Made by a program: the position numbers and the translations under genes
Origin: Eledone cirrhosa
Taxonomy: Eukaryota
Assembly: GCA_964016885.1 (NCBI GenBank)
Contig: OZ024741.1
Coordinates: forward strand, 385,578,001 to 385,642,000
DNA length: 64,000 bases
Direction: 5' to 3'
The notes under the pieces: model-generated
Seen by the model: the letters and a program-made list of their open reading frames with translations, nothing else
Told to the model about the DNA's origin: nothing
Database searches by the model: none
Part shown: positions 28,201 through 41,200 of the stretch, one piece after another
Position numbering within the stretch: position 1 is the first letter of the stretch
How the letters are laid out: each line of letters opens with the position of its first letter

Positions 28201-31200
28201 TTAGTATGGTTTCTTATTTTATTCTCATTTAAAAGTCAATATAAAAAATACTTTGAATTAAGTTAAAATAAATAAATCCTTATGAATGTAAATCAAGTTT
28301 AACATGCTATCAGTTTCAGAGACAAATGTGTGAAATAATCCTGAATGTCTAACTTTTCTTTCAATTTATTTGTCTAAAAGACTAATGCCAGACAATTTCA
28401 AAATATTTCATCTATGAAAGTCTTCAAATCTTAATTTAAACCTTGGACTGAAATCTCAGATAATACTAAATTTCAGTGGTTAAATATTTGTCTTTTATTA
28501 AGTTAAAAGTTAGTTATTTCACTAAACCTCTCATAAATCTTGATTATTTTGATAATTAAAACACAACGGCAGTACACTTTTATTAGAATATGATCACAAA
28601 AGAATTAAATAGTCTTAGAAAAGACTATTTCACGTAATTGATACTAAAAAATTAATTCAAAATAATATTAAAACTCTCGACACTCAGACACAATAATTGT
28701 TTCTACTTTTGGCACAAAGCCAGTAATTATCCCAGTGCATTACTGGTACTTTATTTTATCGACCTCATAAGGATGAAAAGCAAAGTTAACCTCGGCTAGA
28801 TTTGAACTCAGATCATAAAGGGCTGTAACTCTTTGCTGCAAAGCATGGCGTCCGACCCTCTACCGATACTGCCAAACAAATATACTCATAAAAAGATAGC
28901 ATATATAAGCAAATTACTTTAGTTGAAGTAGTTTATATAGAAAGGGCTAGATATTCCACTAGAGTACTGGAGTACTGAAAGGGCTAGATATTCCACTAGA
29001 GTACTAACTAAGCATTAGAAACACAGTTTTTAAATCTATTCCAATTGACAACTAAATTACGAGTCCAGTATGTCGATCTGCTCTAGTTGCACACAAGCTG
29101 TCAAGACTAAATGTTGACATTGCTGTTCTTAGTGAAGTCTGCTTTCCAGAGGAAGGCAGCTTACAAGAGCATAGCACTGGATACACCCTCTACTGATCAG
29201 GCCAACTAGCTGCAGAGAGACACCTTTCAGAAGTTGACTCCATGGTCAAGAATTCTATCGCTTTCAAGCTTGAAAACTTGCCAACATGTCATTCTGACCG
29301 CATCATCTCTGTACCGCCAACTGAGTAATCAACAATGTACCACAATCTTTGGTGTGTACTCCCCTACTCTTCAAGCAGATCCTGCAGAGAAGAACAAGTT
29401 TTACTCTGATCTGCAGTCTCTTACAGGGCACCCCTGTGGAGGAGAAGGTCATAATCCTTGGTAAATTCAAAGCCAGAGTGGGCCGTGATTCTGTAACTTG
29501 GGAGACATGGCAATAAGTGCTTGTTGTTAGATTTTGTGCAGAACCTCAACTCGTCATCACGAACACTAGCTTCCAGCAGTAGGACGATTTAAAAACAACC
29601 TCTATGACACTTCATTGATTACATTCTAGTGAGCTAGTGTGACCTGAAAGACATCTTGCATACTAGAGTGATGCCCAGTGCAAAATGTAACACCGACCAT
29701 TGTCGCATATGCTGCAAACTCAAGCTTCACTTTAAACCCTAATCAAAGAAAGGAGGGGCTCCCAGGAAAAAGTTTAAGGATAACAGTTTCCAGTCAGCTG
29801 AAGTGAAAGCTGACTTTCAGACAGTCCTTCAGTTGTGACTTGAAGATGCGAGCATTCCTACAGATCCTTCTCCAGAAGCACTTTGGGAACATCTGAAAAA
29901 TGCCATTCTACAGACACCTGGAGAAGTCCTTGGATTCACCTCAAAGAACACAACAAAGAAATTCAAGAATTGCTGGTGTAAAAAAGATCCACCCACCAGA
30001 CTCAATTAGCCATCTTGTCCTGTGAAGAAAGCTGATTCTGCCTCAAATGCAATAACCTCCAGCCTTCGAGATATCCAGAATAAGTGGTGAACCAACCTCA
30101 CTGAGAGAACTCAGCTGTGCACAGACACTGAAGACATCAGGATCTTCTACAAAGCCTTGAAGGCAGTGTATGGACCTACATATCAGGTCCAGAGTTCTTT
30201 GTGCAGTGCAGATGGCCAGGTCCTACTCAGACAGAGCGTCCATCTTAAGCCGTTGGTCAGAACATTTCCTGGCCCTATTCAGTGCTATCCGCACTGTCCA
30301 GAAATCAGCAAGTCTCTGCATTCCCCAACAATCAGTAAAAGCGAAGCTGGATGAGTTGCCCACCAAACCCATAGAGCAGCTAAGGAATGGCAAAGCAGCA
30401 GGAGTCGATGGAATTCCACCTGAGATTAGGAAACATGGGGGCCCAGCACTACATGCAAAACTCCATGAGCTCTTCGTATGTTGTTGGGAGCAGGGCAATC
30501 TGCCACAATATCTCCGCAATGCAGTCGTCATCACCCTGTACAAGAACAAAAGGGAAAAGTCAGTCTACTCAAATTACCAGAGGATTACTCTGCTGTCGCG
30601 GGGGAAAATCGTCACAAGGATGCTGGTAAACAGGATGGTACCTATCATCGGAGAAGAACACCTCCTGAAGAGCCAGTGTGCCTTCAGTCAGCAAGAAACA
30701 CCATAGACATGGTGTTTGTTCTTAGGCAGCTCCAAGAGAAGTGCCAGGAGCAAAATAAAGAGCTGTATATGGTGTTCATTGACTTGACTAAAACATTCGA
30801 TACTGTGGTAGATCATGGAATGACCCGGCTGTCTCCCTAAGTTCCTGAACATGGTCATCCAGCTATACGAAGACTAGCGTGGCCAAGTCAGTCTCAGCAG
30901 TAACTTCTCAGAGCATTTCCTGATCATCAATGGAGTGTAGCAGGGTTGCGTCCTGGCATTGACTCTCTTCACCATCTTCTTCAGCATGATGCTCAAGCAG
31001 GCTACAGAAGATCTTGATTATGAGGACACTCTACATCAGATACCATCTTGTTTAATCTTCGTCGCCTACAGGCCCATACGAAACCCTGGAGCAACTTATC
31101 AGAGACCTCCTCTTTGCCAACGATGCTGCTCTTGTTGCCCACACAGAAAGAGCCTTCCAGCCCATCACCTCCTGCTTCGCAGAAGCTGCCCAACTTTTTG

Positions 31201-34200
31201 GGCTGGAAGTCAGCTTAAAGAAGACGGAGGTACTCTCCAGCCTGCACCTCAAGAAGAGTACCCCCCCCCCCCCCCACCACCACCAATTACTCGGAATGCA
31301 CCATAACATCAGATGCCAAGATTGATATGGAAATCAGCAACAGACTGGCAAAGGCAAGCAGTGCATTTAGCAGGCTGTACAAACGTGTGTAAAACAACAC
31401 CTGAAGAAGGGTACCAAGATCAGAGTGTACAGAGCCATAGACCTTATAATCATCCTATATGGCTTAGAGTCATGGAAGCTGACATGGCTAAATGGTTAAG
31501 AAGTTTGCTTTGCAATCATGGGGTACTGGGTCCGATCCCACTGTGTGACATCTTTAAAGTTTTTACCATAGCCTCAGGTTAATCCAAGCTTTGTGAGTGA
31601 AACAAAAAATGGAAACTATGTAGAAGTCCTTCAAATGTATTGTACCTGTAATATAATTGAAAGGTTCAGCTTCGTAACTTATTGTGTCACTGATTTGACT
31701 TGAGAATCAAGTGTACATATGTCTGGAGCACTCAACTATTTACACCTTAATTCAAGAGCTGAATTCTTAGTTGATTGAACTGAATACCTGACGTCGAAAT
31801 TAACAAAAGATTCCTCATCATCATCATTTAATAAATATCTAAAAAGAAACTGGTTAAACCAATTAGCTACTTAAGTGGTTAAACATTACTAAGTTAAAGT
31901 GATAAATCTAACAACAGCAGTGACAACATCAAACAGAAAAGACAACTAATAATGGTAAGTATCTTCAGTAATTAGAATTTAGAAATAAGTATTAAAAAAA
32001 AGGGTTGAGAAAGAGAAAAGTTAGTGACACAATTAAAAGGTAGTACAAAATACTCATGTCATCACAAACACACATAAATACACAAACATACACACAGATA
32101 AACAGATATATATGTTGGGTTTAAGTGGGAGAAAAAAATGACACCTAGCAAGGCTAAGAGAAGCTGCAAGTGCCGAACATACCTGTAGCCCGGCATATTG
32201 GGATTCATTAGACGGGGACAACTGTAAGTGGAAATAAACTAAAGCATAAAACATAACCTAAAAAGTCAAATAAACTCTACACTCTTCCCTCTTCTTTTTG
32301 GCAGAGTCATGGATTGTCAAAAATTAACAAAATATATATAGTGACAAATTTTATCAGCTGTGTCAAAATTACAGATTTCTAAAAAGGTATGATACACATT
32401 ATAGGAATATATATAAATGAAATAGTCAAAATAGAAACGAAATGTAAATAAAAGAAGATAATACATACATGTATAGTGCCCCACTCATCTGGTTGAGTGG
32501 AGGTTTGGAAATGAACTATCACATTAGGATTGTGCATTACAATCGTCTCTCCACCAGGAAATTCAAGCTTTTTATGCCATACATTGTTTAAAACAGCATT
32601 TTTGTATTCTTCCTAGAAACACAAAGAAATATATTAATATTTCTGAAACGATTAAAACTAGCTGTCAATATAAGCCCGTCCTGAGAGGAGCGACCAGCAA
32701 TAAGACTGCTAATTCTTGTGGATGACTAGCTCCATTATCACGAGGCTCTATGTAACATTAGTCAATAGAGAAAGTACTAAAGGTGAATATGATCTTTGTT
32801 TTATAATAGGATAATTAGTAACAAGTAATTCTCAAATTTTGATCTATGTAGGTGTTGTAAATGAATTTTCAGAAGCCCTATGATCAAAAGCAGTCTAGCT
32901 ATGGCCATCCCATCTTTTCTTTTTTCAGACATTATAAACCAGTGTGTCCTTCCTTTTTGTAGATAGTATGGTATGATTTGAGTGCTACATCTAACAGATT
33001 GTAAAACTGTATAGAGCAGGCATGTCAAACATGTGACACATGGGCCACATGTGGCCCTTTACAAGCACACCTGCAGCCTGCACAAAGGTTTTTACAGCAC
33101 GAGCATATTTTATCTTCGTAAAATTAATTGTAATGTGCGCAATTAGTTGTCGTGCATGGCCCTCGGGGACCCTTAGTTTGCCATGCCTGGTATAGAGATT
33201 TCTGAAATGAGTAAAATAGCTGTCATGCTAAACCTACCCTGAGAAGAGAGACCACCAATAAGACTGTCGGAGTTAAAAGCCGTATTAAATAGTGTAAAAG
33301 GTGTATTAAATAGCATAACCATAAATTAGGGGGAGGGGGGATTGCATTCATGTACTGTGTGTTTTGCCAGACATGCAGGTGATTCAAGGGGTGTTTGGGA
33401 TGTTCTATTATGTAGTGAGAAAGGATGTAGGGGAGGGTGTCACTCATGTAGGTATGTGATAAATATGACAATTGAAAGAGGGGGATTACATGTTCAATGC
33501 TGAGCAAATATGTGTCCAGAAAATGTTTTGAATTTAGCACATCAGTTTCCTTGATACATTTATAGCAGACTGCCTGAAACCACCTGTGGTTCTACAATAC
33601 AAAACTGTTTCTTTTAAAATGTTTATATATATCTAAGAACTGTCCTTCAAAATTTTATGTAAGAACCTTTATGCTCCAAACAGCAGCTTAATAATGAGAA
33701 AGTTATATTACTAAACCTCTCTAAATTTTTGATTATTTTCAAAATTATTTTAAATGTTTCTGGATGCTTGGATGTTTTATTGTTGTGGTTGTAAGTCCTT
33801 TTTACTATTTATAATTTGCTGTGTAAGAGGATAAACAGTTGTGGGTCATATTTCAGTAATGCCTAGTGTAGTGATTTTAACTGTAATGCAAGCTGTTGGA
33901 TCATGCACTTAGCATTGTTGGTGAGAAAGTCTTCAAAGATACGGTTGAAACCATCTTACTATTTGGTTCAGAATCCTGGACTCTCAGTGTTAGTCATTCA
34001 AGGAGACTTGATGGTTCCTACACCAAGATGTTACACGTGGTGGTCAATATTTCGGGGCAAAGTAACACTACCAACAAAGTGGTGAGTTTCATCAAAAGTC
34101 TGACCGCGTCACTTGGCTCTTGCTGGTCATGTTTCCTGCCATGATGAACCTGCAGAGAAACTGCTTTTCTGGTCACCAGATGCAAAACACCAAGTGAGAC

Positions 34201-37200
34201 ATCTAAACATAACTGTCAGGATTCTGTTGGCAAGGGACACTGGCCTTACTAGACGGGATCTTCTTGCTCCTTACCACTAGGTCATGCGCCTTCACTCCAT
34301 TTAGCTAAGCTGTCCTTAATATGCTACATAAAATTAAGAAAAGGAATGTGTACAATAAAAATTTACCTCAAGTTTTTGAGCAAATGCTTCAGTATAAGGC
34401 ACATATTTGTTGTCTCCTTCTCGCTTGTAGTACCAAGTACTACGGCGGACATGGGTATGCTCTTCTTCCCAATAAACAGCTTTCCGAAGCCTCTGACTCA
34501 CTTGAACATCATAACGCCCACCATCAGTGGCTACCACATCTGAATCAGCAGAACCTGTGATTCAGAAATTATAAAGTAATATGATAATTCAATTTGAAAG
34601 GCTAATTGGATATACTAAAAGGTGCAAGTAGAGTTGGGAGCCCAATAAGTAACTAGACACTTTACACTTGAAAGTAATAAAAGGTTATAAATATTATAAA
34701 CATGCTCACAGGAGGCAACAATAGGTTATGAAAAGATTCAACAGAACCTTCTAGCTGCTTTACAGCTTCCCTTGCTTCCAATTTCTTCTTTATATTTTCT
34801 ATGCTTATTTTGCCTCCAGTCGGCCTTCTCTATTTCAATTTTTTATATTCACTCATCTCTGTATATGTTGTTTTTTGTTTCTCAACTGTAAGAAGGACTA
34901 GATACTTCCCCTATCATGGCTTACTAGCTCTATACAGACGTTTAAATTGATTGATTAAATATATAAATAAATATTTACCATTCTGGAATGAAGTCTCCAA
35001 CCTAATGGAATCAGCAATTGAGAATGGAAACCAAACTTCACGGTTTTCAATTCTTTTGCAAAAACACCAATGGGATTGAACTGGCTGATAAAATGAATCA
35101 CCGGAATTCATTGGTGGTTGAAAATTAACAGGGGTCATATGTTGGTTCTGATGTGGGTCATACATATTGGAATTAGAGGGAGTGGACGTTGTGTACATCG
35201 GCATTTCTCCAACTTTAGGGGGAGGACCAACTTGTGATTGCATCCTAAAACTCTTGGGATGTGCTGGAGAGTAAGTTTCAGTTGGTGGCGGTGCATATCG
35301 TAAAGGACCTTTTTGCCTGTATCTGTTAGGAGTTGAAGCTGAAAATAAAAATTAAGAAAAAAATGAAAGCAAAATTTATTTATTGAAATACTAATCGAAG
35401 TTTAGACACACATTTCTTTATAGCATAGGCATTAGAAATATTTCAGAAGCTGCGAGGGTTGAAGCATGCATCTAGTATGCACCACATTCCCCTACCTCAC
35501 CTTCCCTCCCCCATCCCATACACAATTCATGCCCTAATACTCCACTTTCACCAGATAAGTCCCCCAGCCTCCAGTCCACACTGTAAAGTGGTTGTGTAGG
35601 TGTCACAACAAAAAGTACCCAGCATATATTAATGTGGTCGTGTAGGTGTCATGACAAAAAGCACTCAGTACACACTGTAAATATGGTTGGCATTAGGAAG
35701 GGCATCCAGTCGTAGAAACCAAGCCAAAATCAGCCCTGTATGAGTAAGACACGGTCATCTGATCTGACTTGTCTCACAATGAGACAATTCATCTAACCCA
35801 TGCTAGCATGGAAAAATGGATGTTAAACGGTGATGATGATGGGCATAGCTGACAATCGCTGAGTAAAGCAGTGTCAAATAATCCCAGTGGACGAAAGTCA
35901 CAGTAGAGGAAGACCAAGGACACATGGATGGGAGTGGTGGGAGCTGACTTCTTATCACTAAAGCTCACAAAGGAGATGACAAAGGAACATGACAAGTGAA
36001 GAGATGTTGTACTGAGAAGGACCTGCCCAACCTGTGCAAGCATGTAACAACGTTTCATGATGATGATGATGATTAATCAATAGTAACTGAAAGAATATGA
36101 TTGCAAATACAAGTGGTTGAAATAAGTTCCTCCGAAAAGTCTCTGGAATAATGTTTAGCTCGGAGAGCCATGCCTTCTCCACATCAGGATATCAAAACTC
36201 TAGTACTATGGGAATGTGGTTAGTCTGTCTAAGGAAAGAATTGCAGGACAGAGTTTACAGGCGAAGCCAACCAGCAGGAGACCAAGAAGTAGACCATGAA
36301 CAAGATGGTTGGATAACATTCATAACTTCAGTTGGTTTTACTGGGAGATCCAACCAGATCAACTGGTGATGGTTGTTTCTTATAGGCTTCTGGACGGCAT
36401 ATTTGATGACTCTGCTTCCATGACCCTCTCAGGAATAAGTAAGCATAAGACAAGAAGAAGAAACTATAGTATACTAAGGTGTTGACACTCCTATAAAATA
36501 TATATATATATCCCCAAGACACATAACAACAATCAGTTGGATTATAAATAAATAGATCTTACTAGTTTGAGGTGTATTAACTGGAAAAGATGGAAAGTTT
36601 CTCTCTGGTGTGACATTAGTTGTAACAGAATCTGGAGGCATTTGAGAATGAGATGACATTTGAGGAAAAGAAGCTGATGGAAACATTACAGGGGTATCCG
36701 TCTTTGGAATGGTCTTCTGTTGTGATACAGGAGGTGGGTTATGGCCAACTTGTGAGAAAGGATCAGCACTTGCAGGAGTAGCTTGTTGAAACATATTAAA
36801 AGGGGTTGCTGGTTGACTAGTTGAAGTAACAACAGTTTCTGATAAAATCTGTCCGACAAAGCTATCAGCTTCTGCTTCCTCATCTGTAATAATAATAAAA
36901 AAATGTTTACTTTTAATACATTATATAGTAATACAAGCAAATAGATTATTCTTCATTGATTCATTTAACATTACTGAGTGCTTCTGGTTCTATGATACAA
37001 AGTTTAACGTGTTTATATTTATCTAAAAACTTTGGTTAAGTTATATTACAAATACCTGCTTTATAACAAAAAGGTTGATAGTTAAAAATTCCTCAATGAA
37101 TATCAATGAAAATGTCAGCAAGAATTTACAAATTCCAATCTTTTGTTCAAAATTGCAAAAGGCTGTAACAGGACACATTTCCGAGTAACAAAGACCACAT

Positions 37201-38251
37201 TAATTTTGGCTTCCGAAGGCATGATCTTTGACTTTCATAACAATCCATGTGTAATACATTTTTCTAAACTAGTCAAACTTCTTAACTAATCATATTTCCA
37301 TGCATTTATAGATATTTTTACTTAAATACTAGACCACCAGTGACTCGTTGTGTCACGTTCACTTCAAAAAACATTTTTTAAATCATCTTCTCTTAAAAAT
37401 AATTTTTAAATAATTAAAATATACACAGACATGTATAGAGTGTGAAAAGAAACTGGAAGGCCATATATATATATATATATACGTGTGTATGTATATATGT
37501 GTATACATATATACATACACAGCAATGTTACATGGTAGTAAGACCTGGGTGCTGAAGGTGGAAGACTTACGTAGATTAGAAAGAAACGAAGCCTGCATGC
37601 TCCGATGGATGTGTAATAGTAATATACGCGAACGACAAAGCATAAATGAATTGAAAGAGATACTGAACATAAGAGGAATCAAATGCTGTATGCAGGAGAG
37701 GTGGTTGCGTTGGTATGGACATGTGATGCGTATGAAGGATGACAGCTGCATAAAAAGGTGCAGAGTACTAGAAGTCAATGGAAACCGCAAAGTGGAGAGA
37801 CCCAAGAAGACCTGGGATGAGGTGATAAAAGCCGACCTTACCCAATTACACCTCTCAAAGGCGATGACACACGACCGTGACCTCTGGCGTCACACAGTAA
37901 TACAGAGTACCCGACCTCCCATGGGTACAAGCTGAAGCATATAGACAATATGCCCCCACACCCTTCCACTGCAAGGTGGTCGTGGAGGTGCCACGGCAAA
38001 AAAGCACCCAGCCCACACTTTAAAGTGGACATGTAGGTGCCACGGAAAAAGCACCCAGCACTCACTGTAAATGAGGTTGGTGTTAGGAAGGGCATCCAGC
38101 AGTAGAAATCAAGCCCAAATCAGTTCCTGTATGAGCAAGGCATGGTCAGCCGACCAGACACTGCCCACAACAGGACAACCCGTCTAACCCATGCTAGCAA
38201 GGAAGAACGGACGTAAAATGATGATGATGATGATATATATATATGTATGTA

Positions 38252-38299
<48 letters not shown>

Positions 38300-41200
38300 G
38301 GTGTCTGATCTGTATACATTGGTCATATACACACACACTCATACATATATATATATATATATATATATCATTTCATTTTACATCCGCTTTTTCCTGCTTG
38401 CGAGGGTGGGACGGGAACTGATTCTGGCTTGATTTCTACAGCTGGATGCCCTTCCTAACACCAACCTCATTTACAGTGAGTGCTGGGTGCTATTTTGCCA
38501 TGGCACCTACACGACCACTTTGTAGTGGAATGATAGGGACCCCAGTCCTATCATCTCATTTCTACAGCTGAGTAAACTGGAGCAATGTGAAATAAAGTGT
38601 CTTGCTCAAGGAAACAACATCACCCGGACTGAGAATAGAACTCACAACCTTTCAATTGCAAGCCCAATGCTCTAACCACTAAGCCATGTGCCTCCATATA
38701 TATATATATATACACAACACCACCAGCTCTCTCTCTCTCTCCCTTCCATTCTCCTTCTCCTCTCCCTATGTCTCTCTTTCAATCTACTCTCTCACAACCA
38801 CTATCTCTTTCTCTCTCTCTCTGTTTATGAAGGTAGCCAGAAAAACCCCATATCTCGGGAACGCGTGCTCCGATTTACGCGAAACTTGTTTTATTCCATT
38901 TGTATTCCCACTATGCACCCTTTTGGCTGTATTACATTACAGACAAGCAAGAAAGCAATCACAGAGTTTTAGTAGTATAAAGATAGATAGATTGTCATGT
39001 TGCTTCATATATACATAAGAGTTAAAATGATGATGAAAGATTGTGTTATGTTTATGGCTTTCCCAGTAGTGTTAGCAATGTGAATGAAATAATTGCAACC
39101 AAAGATTAAAACTTGGTTTACTAAAGCTGCACCACAACAGATCACATAATATTTACAACAAGGCATTATGCCACTTAGCAGATTGATATTTTCCTCTACC
39201 AAATGAAGGAGCTCTCTGAAGTGGAATGGCAGATATTGCTGGCTATTCTTCATGGCACCATTTTCACCATCTTGTCTGTGGGATGTAACTGCCATATAGT
39301 ATCCAACCAAAAGTGAAGAGTTAGCCATCCCGCTCTTCCATTATCTTACTTTTGTTTTATAAATTCTAAACAAAGGTTAAATACAACCTAAGTTGTATCA
39401 ATCAGATATTGTAATACCTCAGAAAGTTAAACAGTGATAATAACATGACTACACATTAGTGGAGTGGGGAAAGGGGAAAACTGACTCCTCAGGAATATAG
39501 GCAATGCTCAGTTTGTTGTGTAAAAAGAAAACAGCTGAAAAATGTCACAAAGATTGAAATTGTAGCTGTTGTATCATGATTGAAACAAATATGAAACCTG
39601 TTATAATTGATAAGCATTTTTTTCTACTTTCTCAGATAAGCAACTTATTAATGAACAATGGGCCAACCTGGCTGGTTGTTAGATCCAGTCTACTTACATA
39701 CACAAAACTGTAACAAAAAGGAAAAGATGTTTGATAGGCACAACCCTGACCCTCTATTAAGTCATGTCTTCTTCCATACTGCTACTCTATCTAAGCTTTT
39801 CAGAACCAAGCACTGTATTAAATACCTTTCCTAATCTTTTTTCTCTAGAACTACTGTATATACTCAAATATAAACTGAGGAATATGTGATCAAAACAATC
39901 GATAGTAGAAAGAGGTTGGCTTATATTTGGGGTCAATATTTTGACGATTTTCACCAGCTTCAAATTCTATGTAAATAAGTCTTGGTTTTTGCCCAATTCT
40001 CAAGACATAAAATAGTGGAGTCAGCTTATATTCAGTATATCCTTTAGAACTGCCCTCTATTCCTCTACGACTCAACATAAACATCACACCACTATCTAGA
40101 TCCTCCAGTGTAGGAGGCTTTCAAAAGTCCATACACACTATTCCTGTATTTTAGATGAACAAAAATCAAAAGTTAACTCTTGATACCAAACTGCCTGAAA
40201 TTACTCATGGTTCTATGATACAAAACTGTTTTAAAGCATTTATATTTTTAGCAAAAATGTTTGATGGTTGATTGATATGCCATCCATTAATGTGTGATTG
40301 AAGTGGGGGAAAGCACTACCCAAAACATTAGAATTCAAGTGGATAAGGATCAACAAGGAGACAGAAGTTATGCTCAAAAAAACAGATTAATGACAATCTC
40401 TTCAAATTCTTGATTATCTTTAAAATGATTTGAAAATTATTGATAGTATCTTTTATTAAAATGTGGTAAGAAAATGGGTAAAGGTTTATATTACTACAAT
40501 AGATAGCAATATATTCCACATCAATAATAATTTGTAGAAACAAATTCAGATACTATAATACGATGTCTGGTATCTGGATGATGCTTGCTTGGGAGGTCCT
40601 CCAGACAAGGTCCTTGCAACTGTGAAGACAATGATCAAGGAGTTGGGTCGTAGGGGCCTTCACATCAACAGCTCCAAATACAAGCTCTGGCTCCTCAACC
40701 ACCCAGCTTTACATCAAGAGACTGTTGACCTATTCACAGAGTCATTTTTCTCCATCGAGGTTCCTCCCCCATCGGCATGGTGCTCCCTTGGGGCCTCAGT
40801 TACTGACCAAGACTTCGAGCCCATCTTTCAATCTAAGTTGGTTAATCTCAAGCAACTTTTAAAAAACCTCGAAGTCATTGAGCCTCACCAAGGTGTTTTC
40901 ATTCTCCAGAATTATCTGTCAATCCTTAAGTTGCTGTATTTCCTTTGAGTTAGTGCCTCTTACAAATTTTCGTCGTCTCTCCAACGCTTCGACGATCTTA
41001 TATTCAGGGAGCTCGAGGGTTTGGTCAATGTCCAACTCTCTCCAGAGTCCCACGACCAAGCTGCCTTACCCAAACGGTTTGGAGCTCTCGGTTTGCGTAA
41101 GTGTACTTCATTGTCCCTACCTTGCTTTCTTTCCTCCATCCACACCTGCTCCTCTTTGGTAGGTGACATCCTCTCCTTCCCAACTTGGACTAGTTCCACC

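Noticed and set aside
38640-38695. tRNA-like A/B boxes (also 18110-18170, 50945-51030)
   Set aside because: These are SINE heads; no complete cloverleaf is evident.
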